From NCBI GenBank assembly GCA_038087875.1, contig JAXLNO010000137.1, positions 52,011 to 72,010 of the forward strand: a stretch of 20,000 nt of DNA, in the 5' to 3' direction. The DNA is from Malacoraja senta. Lineage: Eukaryota. Position numbers and translations under genes: made by a program. Below, one piece after another: positions 11,009 to 19,509 of this stretch. The first letter of the stretch is position 1. Each line of letters begins with the position of its first letter. The notes under the pieces are model-generated. The model did not search any database and was not told where the DNA came from. It worked only from the letters and a program-made list of their open reading frames with translations.

Positions 11009-11459
11009 TATAGAGTCATAGAGTGATACAGCATGGAAACAGGCCCTTTGGCCCAACTTGCCCACGCCGGCCAACATGCCCCAGCTACACTAGTCTCACC
11101 TGCCTGTGTTTGGCCCATATCCCTCTAAACCTGTCCTATCCATGTACCTGTCTAATTGTCTCCTAAACGTTGCAATGGTCCCAGCCTCACCTACCTTGTT
11201 CCATACACCCAACACCCTTTGTGTAAAAACATGACTCCTCAGATTCCTATTAAATCTTTCCCGCTTCACCATAAACCTATGTCCTCTGGTCCTCGATTCC
11301 CCCAACTCTGGGCACGAGACTCTGTGCATCTACCCGACCTATTCCTCTCATGATTTTCTGCACCTCTATAAGATCACCCCTCCCCATCCTCCTGCACGCC
11401 AAGGAATAGAGTCCCAGCCTGATCAACCTCTCCCTGTAGCTCAGACTCTCTAGTCCTGG
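11009..11459 (-). mobile_element. CR1-clade LINE 3' fragment with (CTCTATGA)-type tail
   Basis: PGLESLSYRERLIRLGLYSL and GESRTRGHRF...FTQRVLGVWN. The tail reads ATAGAGTCATAGAGT on the + strand. Confidence 0.9.
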
Positions 11460-11484
11460 ACTTGACATTGTAGATGAGACAATG

Positions 11485-11704
11485 AGACAGGCAGCATCTC
11501 TGGAGAAAAGGAATAGGTGACATTTTGGGTCAAGACACTTCTTCAGACTGACAGTCAGGGGAAAGAGTAGCAATCTGAAGAGGTGGTTTCGACCCAAAAC
11601 ATCGACTATTCCTTTCCTCCACAGATGCTGCCTGACCCGCTGAGCGACTCCAGCATTTGTGTCTATCTTTGGTTTAAAACAGCATCTGCGGTTCCTCCCT
11701 GCAC
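11485..11704. mobile_element. PLE-like HHR-family element, head-to-head arms, decayed
   Basis: Minus arm about 11485-11550 and plus arm about 11575-11704. Both cores carry CpG-type substitutions. Confidence 0.75.
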
Positions 11705-11821
11705 AAAGCTTTTCACTGTATCTCGTTACAGGTGAAAATAGTAAATTAAACTACAGCGACTTCAGAAACTATCAACACTTCCGCTAGTTCAAGAACCATT
11801 CCACCAGAGCAGTGGACCTTG

Positions 11822-12041
11822 CGTGGAGGAAGGAACTGCAGATGCTGGTCTACACTGAAGATAGACACAAAATGCTGGAGTAACTCGGCGGGACAGGCAG
11901 CATCTGTGGAGAGAAGGAATGGGTGATGTTTCGGGTCGAGACATCTGAAGAAGGGTCTCGACCCGAAACGTCACCCATTCCTTCTCTCCAGAGATGCTGT
12001 CTGTCCCGCTGAGTTACTCCAGCTTTTTGTGTCTATCTTCA
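11822..12041. mobile_element. PLE-like HHR-family element, near-perfect palindrome
   Basis: 87-bp arms at 11856-11942 and 11955-12041 with 5 mismatches and a 12-nt spacer. Confidence 0.85.
11945..11972 (+). ncRNA. Minimal type I hammerhead ribozyme motif (intact core)
   Basis: CTGAAGA 11945-51, extra A, helix II GGGT-CTCG-ACCC 11953-64, GAAA 11965-68, CG, TC 11971-72 (predicted cut after GUC). Helix I is poor in this copy. Confidence 0.65.
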
Positions 12042-12222
12042 ATTAACCTACAAACCTGCACGTCTTTGAAGTGTGGGAGGAAACCGCAGATCTCCGAAAA
12101 AAAAACACGAGGTCACGTGGAGAAGGTACAAACTCTGTACAGACAGCACCCGTAGTCGGGATCGAACCTGGGTCTCTGGCGCTGTGAGGCAGCAACTCTA
12201 CCGCTGCGCCACCATGCCGCCC
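12041..12222 (-). mobile_element. HE1-type SINE, 5' part
   Basis: Reverse complement begins GGGCGGCATGGTGGCGCAGCGGTAGAG, with B box GGTTCGATCCC and the V-domain. Confidence 0.88.
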
Positions 12223-12599
12223 TAAATGGTGTCACTCAAGGCTGGGTTTTTTTGTAACTCATTTTCTATTCCTGAAATACTTGTTTGGCATTAAGGTTCC
12301 TTTCAGATGAAGCCAGAGAGAAAAAAAAGTTCTTTGAAACGCAGGCTGGGTGTGATTTAATGAGGGCTATAAAAGCTGATTATTTTAGTTATTCACTTTT
12401 TGACATTTGGGTGGTGAATTTGTATTTAATGTCCATCCCTAAATTACCTCTGGGAACCACTTGCTATTAAGATAGAACGTAAATATGAAGCAGGGAGTTA
12501 TGGACTTGTTAGCCCGAAGATAAGTGATTGGGAAAATGTTGGAATCCGTGATCAGGAAAGTAGCAGTTGTGTGGAGAAAATCACAATATCGTGAAAGCT

Positions 12600-12820
12600 C
12601 AAGAAACAGCAGATGCTGGAAGCTTTGAGATAAACACAAAGTGCTGGAGGAATTCAGCAGGTCAGGCAGTAACTGTGGAAGGAATGGACAGATGACATTA
12701 TGGGTTGGGACCCTTCTTTCAGACTGATGGATTGGGGAAGGGGGGGGAGGGGGGAGAGAGAAAGCTGGGAAAGAGAGGCGGGGGCGGGAGGAGGCCTGGG
12801 AAGTGATAGGTGGATACAGA
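12600..12820 (-). mobile_element. Older diverged PLE-like HHR-family copy with pyrimidine-rich upstream part
   Basis: ACACAAAGTGCTGGAGGAATTCAGCAGGTCAGGCAG...GGGACCCTTCTTTCAGACTGAT matches the family in reverse. Confidence 0.65.
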
Positions 12821-12848
12821 CTTGAATGGCAGAATTTAATTTGGGATG

Positions 12849-13027
12849 TGGCACGGTGGCGCAGCGGTAGAGTTGCTGCCTCACAGCGCCAGAGACCCGG
12901 GTTCGATCCTGACTACGGGTGCTGTCTGTACGGAGTTTGTACGTTCTCCCCGTGACTGTGTTGGATTCCTCCGGGTGCTCCGGTTTCTTCCCACGCTCCT
13001 AAGACGTTTGCAGGTTAATGGGCTTGG
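12849..13027 (+). mobile_element. HE1-type SINE, 5' part
   Basis: A box at 12857-12867, B box at 12900-12909, V-domain present, 3' part missing. Confidence 0.9.
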
Positions 13028-13029
13028 GA

Positions 13030-13363
13030 TCGCCCCATCCTGCACCAACAATCTGCCTATCGGAACCACCGTGCCTGACGTCATTTGTTGCCGGCCCGGT
13101 CTATTCTTGCTTCCAGTTCCTCCTCCCCCCCGCCCTACAATCAGTCTGAAGAAGAGTCCTGACCCGAAACGTCACCTATCCGTGTTCTCCACAGATGCTG
13201 CCTGACCCGTTGAGTTACTCCAGCACTCTGTGAAACGTCACCTATCCATGTTCTCCACAGATGCTGCCTGACCCGCTGAGTTACTCCAGCACTCTGTGAA
13301 ACATCACCCATCCATGTTCTCCAGAAATGCTGCCTGACCCGCTGAGTTACTCTGGCACAGTGT
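13030..13363 (+). mobile_element. PLE-like HHR-family element with triplicated 66-bp unit
   Basis: Pyrimidine-rich leader, HHR core at 13146-13173, units starting at 13166, 13232 and 13298. The left boundary is uncertain. Confidence 0.78.
13146..13173 (+). ncRNA. Minimal type I hammerhead ribozyme motif
   Basis: CTGAAGA-A-GAGT CCTG ACCC-GAAA-CG-TC. Core nucleotides intact, one mismatch in helix II. Confidence 0.55.
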
Positions 13364-13407
13364 ACTTCTGTGCTTTGTAAGCTATACGGAACCACATTAT
13401 AAATGAT

Positions 13408-13723
13408 AAGGTAGACCAAAATGCTGGAAAAACTCAGCGGGTGCGGCAGCATCTATGGAGCGAAGGAAATAGGCAACGTTTCGGCCCGAAAACCCTTCCG
13501 GGTTTCGGCCCGAAACGTTGCCTATTTCCTTCAGGGTTTCGGCCCGAAAGGTTGCCCATTTCCTTCGCTCCACAGATGCTGCCTGACCCGCTGAGTTACT
13601 CCAGCACTCTGTGAAACGTCACCTATCCATGTTCTCCACAGATGCTGCCTGACCCGCTGAGTTACTCCAGCACTCTGTGCCTTTTTTCAGTGTGAACCTG
13701 CATCTACAGTTCCTTCCTACACA
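13408..13723. mobile_element. PLE-like HHR-family palindrome (GTTTCGGCCCGAAACGTTGCC subfamily) running into 66-bp units
   Basis: Minus arm to about 13498, junction ACCCTTCC|GGGT, two 34-bp units, then a 66-bp duplication (junction at 13613) and the family 3' end. Confidence 0.8.
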
Positions 13724-13754
13724 ACAAAATGAGAAAAATGTGAGCCAATGAATA

Positions 13755-13965
13755 ACAAAATGCTGGAGTAACTCAGCGGGACAGGCAGCATCTCTGGATA
13801 GAAGGAATGGGTGACATTTCGGGTCGAGACCCTTGTTCAGACCCTTTCTGGACCTGAAAGTCACCCATTCCCTCTCTTCAGAGATGCTACCTGTCCCGCT
13901 GAGTCACTCCAGCGCTTTTTGTCTTTCATCGGTGTAAACCAGCATCTGCAGTTCCTTCCGACACA
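13755..13965. mobile_element. PLE-like HHR-family element, head-to-head arms
   Basis: The minus arm has core CTGAACA...GAAATGTC (G8 mutated, 4-bp helix I GGGT/ACCC). The plus arm starts at about 13850. Confidence 0.78.
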
Positions 13966-14437
13966 CTGCATTGTGAACCAGTTGCCTTCTACCACGTCCC
14001 ACCTGCATACTTTCGTGAGAGAGAAAACATGAACATAAGGACATTATCGCAGCTCATTTAATAAGATGTCACAAACCAGTTGCTTTTCCGTGGAGATTGG
14101 TCATTAATTCCTGGAAATTAAGAAGAATATACCTATTGTGTTGTAAAAAATATCTTCAGTCTCAAATTTCGTCCACCGATAAATCTATTTTGCTCATGCC
14201 AAAATTTTCAATTAGTCGCCTGTTGCTACATTCAATATGCCAGTTATCTAATCTAGGAACAAAAGCAAATGAGTTGGAGAAGATTTAGTTCTAATTTCAC
14301 AGGATAATGTAATTCCAACATTGAAACTGTCACAAAGCCATTAGCGGCAACAAGCCAACGCAAGATAACGTCGACTGGACTGTTCAAGTAATACAGTTGT
14401 CATTTCCTTTGGATTTAACATTAGAATTTCTTCACTT

Positions 14438-15458
14438 TTAAGATGAGAGGGGAAAGATTTAATAGGAACCTGAGCGACAACTTGTGAATAGTGAAAGGCC
14501 TGGGTGTGGAGTGGATGTGGAGAGGATGTTTCCCCTAGAGGGAGAGTCTAGGATCAGAATAATAGGAAGTCGCTTTAGAAAGATGAGGAGGAATTTCTTT
14601 AAAGGTGGACAAAAATGCTGGAGAAACTCAGCGGGCGAGGCAGCATCTATGGAGCGAAGGAAATAGGCAATGTTTCGGGACGTAACCCTTCCGGGTTTCG
14701 GCCCGAAACGTTGCCTATTTCCAGAAGGGTTTCGGGACGAAACGTTGCCTATTTCCTTCGCTCCATAGATGCTGCTGCACCCGCTGAGTTTCTCCAGCAT
14801 TTTTGTGTACCTACGTCTAGTCAGACTTTAACTTACACCAAAGGTGGACAAACATGCTGGAGGAACTCAGCGGGCGAGGCAGCATCTATGGAGCGAAGGA
14901 ATAGGCGATGTTTTGGGTCGAGACCCTTCTTCAGACTGATGGGGGGAAGAAAGGAAGAGGCGGAGACAGTAGGCTGTGGGAGAGCTTGGAAGGGGAGGGG
15001 AAGGAGAGAGATTTCTTTAGTCAGATGGAGGTGAATCTGTGGAATTCATTCCCACTGATGGCTGGTTTTTTTTTAAGGCGGATATTGACAGGTTCTGGAT
15101 TAGTGTGGGTGTCAGGGGTTATGGGGAGAAGGCAGGAGAATGGAGTTGAGAGGGAGAGATAGATCAGCCATGCTTGAATGGCGGAGTAGACTTGATGGGC
15201 CGAATGGCCTAATTCTGCTGCTAGAACTTATAAGCAGAGGCTGGTAGGTACATGGAACAAGCTGCCAGAGGAAGTAGTTAAGGCAGACACTGCAACAGCA
15301 TTTGAAAGTAATTTGGATAGGCGCATGGATAGGACAGGTTCAGAGAGAAATGGGTCAAATGGGGGGCAGGTGGGACAAGTGTAGATGGGCAACTTGGTTG
15401 GCAGAGACAAGTTGGGCAGAAAGGGCCTGTTTCCACGTTGTACAACGCTGTGACTCTA
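14438..15458 (+). mobile_element. Nested CR1 fragments: outer copy 14438-14483 + 15235-15458, inner copy 14484-14601 + 15011-15232
   Basis: The outer pieces join when compared with the reverse complement of 11009-11459. The inner pieces join when compared with 8158-8486 and 16226-16574. Confidence 0.8.
14602..15010. mobile_element. Composite PLE-like HHR-family insertion (palindrome 14602-14812 plus minus copy about 14840-15010) with 9-bp TSD
   Basis: ATTTCTTTA at 14593-14601 and at 15011-15019 flanks the insert inside a CR1. Confidence 0.78.
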
Positions 15459-15465
15459 GTCCTTG

Positions 15466-15564
<99 letters not shown>

Positions 15565-15565
15565 A

Positions 15566-15597
<32 letters not shown>

Positions 15598-15641
15598 ACA
15601 TCATCATCATCATCATCATCATTATCACCATCATCATCATC
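15466..15641. repeat. (CAT)n microsatellite
   Basis: About 58 units with few interruptions. Source of the poly-H/M/D/S/I ORFs. Confidence 0.98.
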
Positions 15642-15900
15642 GTTGAAAACATCAATGGGCACGGTGGTGCCTTACAACGCCATGTACGACAGTGATCGCA
15701 ACTTCTACTGAAGTGTGGATGGCCGTTGGCTCGCTAGAAGCTCATCCGCCATTTGACAGGTCTTGTTTTTGGTCCTGCTGGGTGTCCACAGCCCCCTCCT
15801 CACCTGGCAAACCAGGTGGGGGAGACGGTTTAGTCGCCGACTATCCGACCATGGAGCAGGTAGCACGGGATGACATGGTACCCATGGCGGGGGGGGGGGG
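15466..15900 (-). mobile_element. Probable short non-autonomous retroposon with (ATG)n tail, possibly RTE-related
   Basis: GC-rich, hairpin-containing body of about 250 bp between a G-run and the (CAT)n tract. The RTE assignment rests only on tail type and recalled resemblance. Confidence 0.4.
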
Positions 15901-16225
15901 GGTGGAACTCCCCCCCACCCGACCTATAGTCCTTGTACATTGCAGGAATAGATGACAGATTACTCCTTCGGCAGCTGATGGTGGATTAGGCAGATCTCTT
16001 GTTTCAACCCTGAAGTTCCGCACGCTGATGTAGGAATGCTGCTTTGTAACTCAACCCACCCGCGATGCACAGTTCAGAGAGATTGTTGGTGTCAGTTCTT
16101 CTTTCGAGGAGGAGCTTTGCTTCCAAGAAATGAGCCTTGAAGTTCATCTGCGTACATTGTTTGCCTCCCAGAATTATGCAATTGGAAATCATGATTTGTT
16201 TTTCTGGAATGGAGCACAATTACAA

Positions 16226-16574
16226 GTTCATATGTCCACATGTGATAGGATCAGCAATAGGCCATTCGGCCCATCAAGTCTACTCCGCCATTCAATCATG
16301 GCTGTTCTATCTCTCCCTCCTAACCCCATTCTCCTGTCTTCTCCCCATAACCTCTGACACCCGTACTGATCAAGAATCTATCTATCTATGCCTTAAATAT
16401 ATCCACTGACTTGGCCTCCACAGCCTTCTGTGGTAAAGAATTACACAGATTCACCACCCTCTGACTAAACAAAATTCCTCCTCATCTCCTTCCTAAAGGA
16501 ACGTCCTTTAATTCTGACTTTCCCACTGGTGGAAACATCCACACTATCCAGACCTTTCACTATTTGGTAAGTTT
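16226..16574 (-). mobile_element. CR1-clade LINE 3' fragment (third subfamily), internally deleted
   Basis: Colinear with 8158-8486. Confidence 0.85.
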
Positions 16575-16603
16575 GTATAAGTTTCTAACTTTAACCAGCT
16601 TTA

Positions 16604-16857
16604 ACATGGATAGGTGACGTTTCACAGAGTGCTGGAGTAACTCAGCGGGCCAGGCAGCATCTGTGGAGAACATGGATAGGTGACGTTTCACAGAGTGCTG
16701 GAGTAACTCAGCGGGCCAGGCAGCATCTGTGGAGAACATGGATAGGTGACCAGGTTGGGTCCCTTATTCAAACTGATCTATCCATTTTCTCTAGAGATGC
16801 TGCCTGACCCACTGGGATACTCCAGCATTTTATATCTATCTTGTGGTATAAACCAGA
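16604..16857. mobile_element. PLE-like HHR-family element with 66-bp tandem on the minus arm plus an inverted arm
   Basis: AACATGGATAGGTGAC recurs at about 66-bp spacing (about 16603, 16669, 16735). Decayed core near 16750-16775, plus arm from about 16778. Confidence 0.78.
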
Positions 16858-16888
16858 TCAGAAGTTTCTTTTTATCACAATTAGATAA

Positions 16889-17567
16889 GAAGGTAGTTGA
16901 GGCAGGTACAGTAACGACGTGAAAGACACTTGGAGAGGTACATGGATAGACAATTAGACAATATGTGCAGGAGTAGGCCATTTGGCCCTTCGAGCCAGCA
17001 CCGCCATTCAATGTGATCATGGCTGATCATCCCCAATCAGTACCCCATTCCTGCCTTCTCCCCATATCCAGACTCCGCTATCTTTAAGAGCCCTATCTAG
17101 CTCTCTCTTGAAAGCATCCAGAGAACCGGCCTCCACCGCCCTCTGAGGCAGAGAATTCCACAGACTCACCACTCTCTGTGAGAAAAAGTGTTTCCTCGTC
17201 TCCGTTCTAAATGGCTTACTCCTTATTCTTAAACTGTGGCCCCTGGTTCTGGACTCCCTCAACATCGGGAACATGTTTCCTGCCTCTAGCATGTCCAAAC
17301 CCTTAATAATCTTATATGTTTCAATAAGATTCCCTCTCATCCTTCTAAACTCCAGAGTGTACAAGCCCAGCCGCTCCATTCTCTCAGCATATGACAGTCC
17401 AGCCCTCCTGGGAATTAACCTTGTGAACCTACGCTGCACTCCCTCAATAGCAGGAATAGAAAAGGTTTAGAGGGATATGGGCCAAACGCTGACAAATGGG
17501 ATTCGAGTAGATGGGGCATCTTTGTCGGATATGGACAAGTTGGACCAGAGGGCCTGCTTTCATGCTT
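16889..17567 (+). mobile_element. CR1 3' fragment (16889-16950 + 17453-17567) split by an antisense CR1
   Basis: GGTACATGGATAGA resumes as ATAGAAAAGGTTTAGAGGGATATGGGCCAAAC, contiguous by comparison with 11009-11459. Confidence 0.75.
16951..17452 (-). mobile_element. CR1-clade LINE 3' fragment
   Basis: [43 protein letters not shown]...FFSQRVVSLWNSLP. Tail of TTGTCTA units. Confidence 0.94.
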
Positions 17568-17569
17568 TG

Positions 17570-17855
17570 GACTTTAGACTTCAGAGATACAGTGTGGAAA
17601 CTGGCTCTTCAGCCCACCATGTCTGTGCCAACCAGCAATCACTGTACACCAGCACTGTCTTACACACTGGGGACAATTTACAATTTTTACTGAAGTCAAT
17701 TAACCTACAAACCTGCACATCTTTGGAGTGTGGGAGGAAACCGGAGCACCCGGTGAAACCCCACGTGGTCACGGGGAGAAGGTACAAACTCCGTACAGAC
17801 AGCACCCGGAGTCAGGATCGAACCCGGGTCTCTTGCTGTGACAGGCAGCGACTCT
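17570..17855 (-). mobile_element. HE1-type SINE, near full length
   Basis: Reverse complement has B box GGTTCGATCC, the V-domain and an (AAGTCT)-type tail. Confidence 0.88.
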
Positions 17856-18476
17856 GCGTGACTCTGTGACTCCAGAGACATGAAGTCAAAGCACAGTCTT
17901 TATTTTGGGCCTTTTGGTCTTCGACATCAAAGGGTGAAGGAGGGGTTGGCATCGATTTTGCGTGGCATTGAACTGGAAGGGCGAGACTTTGCTCTTTGTT
18001 AGATCAAGCATTCAGGGTAGGAGCACGGACATGACCACACGCTGATCCTGCATTGCTGTGCAAATCTAAATCAGTACTTTGTTCTCCAGAAGCAAGTCCC
18101 CAGAGCATGTATAGTCCTTATTATTCCGGCTACGGGTGGAAGGAATTTTTATGAATGCCGATGAGCTTCGCGTTAGCTTTGGTCTGCGAGACCTTTTGAA
18201 AAATGCAGGAACAAAATCTTTAAATATCCATCATTGCTCCATTTGAAGCCTTGCAAAATTCATCCTCTCAAAGAAACGTCGGGCGACTCTGACAAGCATC
18301 TTAAGGTGGACAAGCCAAGGATTGATTTATGAGGCATTTTATTGTCCTGGGCTACAGATTGGCAAGATCACGAGCTGGCTGAGCAATTGGGTTTATTTCA
18401 ATATTGGAAAAGAGGAATGTTGTACTGAACCAGCATTGAACTTTGGTTAGACCAAGAGCACCTCATATTCTGCTTG

Positions 18477-18783
18477 AAGATAGACAAAAATGCTGGAGAA
18501 ACTCAGCGGGACAGGCAGCATCTATGGAGTGAAGGAATAGGTGACGTTTCGGGTTGAGACCCCGAAGGAATAGGTGACGTTTCGGGTTGAGACCCCGAAG
18601 GAATAGGTGACGTTTCGGGTCGAGACCCCGAAGGAATAGGTGACGTTTCGGTTCGAGACCCGGAAGGGTCTCGACCCGAAACGTCACCTATTCCTTCACT
18701 CCATAGATGCTGCCTCACCCGCTGAGTTTCTCCAGCATTTTTGTCTACCATCCATTTTTCCAGCATCTGCAGTTCTTTCTTAA
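18477..18783. mobile_element. PLE-like HHR-family palindrome with four tandem 33-bp units
   Basis: GAAGGAATAGGTGACGTTTCGGGTYGAGACCCC starts at 18531, 18564, 18597 and 18630 (last copy variant). Inverted arm from about 18663. Confidence 0.85.
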
Positions 18784-18837
18784 TCATATTCTGCTTGGGT
18801 TGCTTACAATCTAACAATGTTAACATTGTATCTGGAA

Positions 18838-19016
18838 GCTGGAGTAACTCAGCGGGTCAGGCAGCATCTCTGGACAGAGGGAGTGGGTGACGTTTCTGGG
18901 TCGAGACCCTTGATCTGACTCCGTCAGGCTCAGACAAGTCTGAAGAAGGGTCTCAACCCAAAGGATTTTGTATCTATCTTCAGTGTAAACCAGCATCTGC
19001 AGTTCCTTCCTGAACA
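18838..19016. mobile_element. PLE-like HHR-family element, head-to-head, internally deleted
   Basis: Minus arm at 18838-18911. CTGAAGAAGGGTCTCAACCC at 18940-18959, then the family 3' end. Confidence 0.72.
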
Positions 19017-19060
19017 TTGTATTCTCTCATTTTAGGTCACTAACCTGAGCTGCAGGGTCC

Positions 19061-19159
19061 TACAGCATGGAAATAGGCCCTTCGGCCCAACCTGCCCATA
19101 CCATTTGCTAATCCCATTAGCCCGTGTTTGGCCCGCACCGCTCCGAACCTTTCCAATCC
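19061..19159 (-). mobile_element. CR1-type 3' end fragment
   Basis: TACAGCATGGAAATAGGCCCTTCGGCCCAAC matches 11027-11057. Confidence 0.7.
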
Positions 19160-19509
19160 TCCACAAACTTTCTCAGAAAGCGAAAAATTAAAGGTTGGGT
19201 CCGGTCCAAACTCTCTAAAACCTTGGAGTACAGCATCTCAAATTGTTTATGCTCCATAGATATTAAAAGCTGCACAAAGGACTCCATACAAGTTACGACA
19301 GAGCAATGTTCTAGTATCGCAAGACCTAGGGGCCCCCTTCGAGGCTTATCCAAACACAACATCCCATCTGCGTGGATTACAGTACAATTGATGGTGAAAA
19401 AATTAGCACTTACATTTCTTCACATGCTGGGTCACATCCCAACTTTGATAATGATAATTAGTAAGCAGCATTATCCATCATCAGCATCTCAACATGGAGC
19501 CAGCCAGAG

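Noticed and set aside
15278..15711. Poly-His/Met/Asp/Ser/Ile ORFs
   Set aside because: Artefacts of the (CAT)n tract.
15820..15890. HDV-like or twister ribozyme on the minus strand
   Set aside because: A 7-bp P1-like helix with a G-U first pair exists, but I could not place P2, P3 and P1.1, nor the twister pseudoknots.
18531..18662. CRISPR-like array (33-bp repeats with an internal hairpin)
   Set aside because: The units are directly adjacent with no spacers, derive from the HHR-family element, and sit in a eukaryotic context with no cas genes.
18660..18690. Intact hammerhead in the plus arm
   Set aside because: Helix II, GAAA and GTC are present, but the inversion junction (CCGGAA) replaces CTGAAGA.
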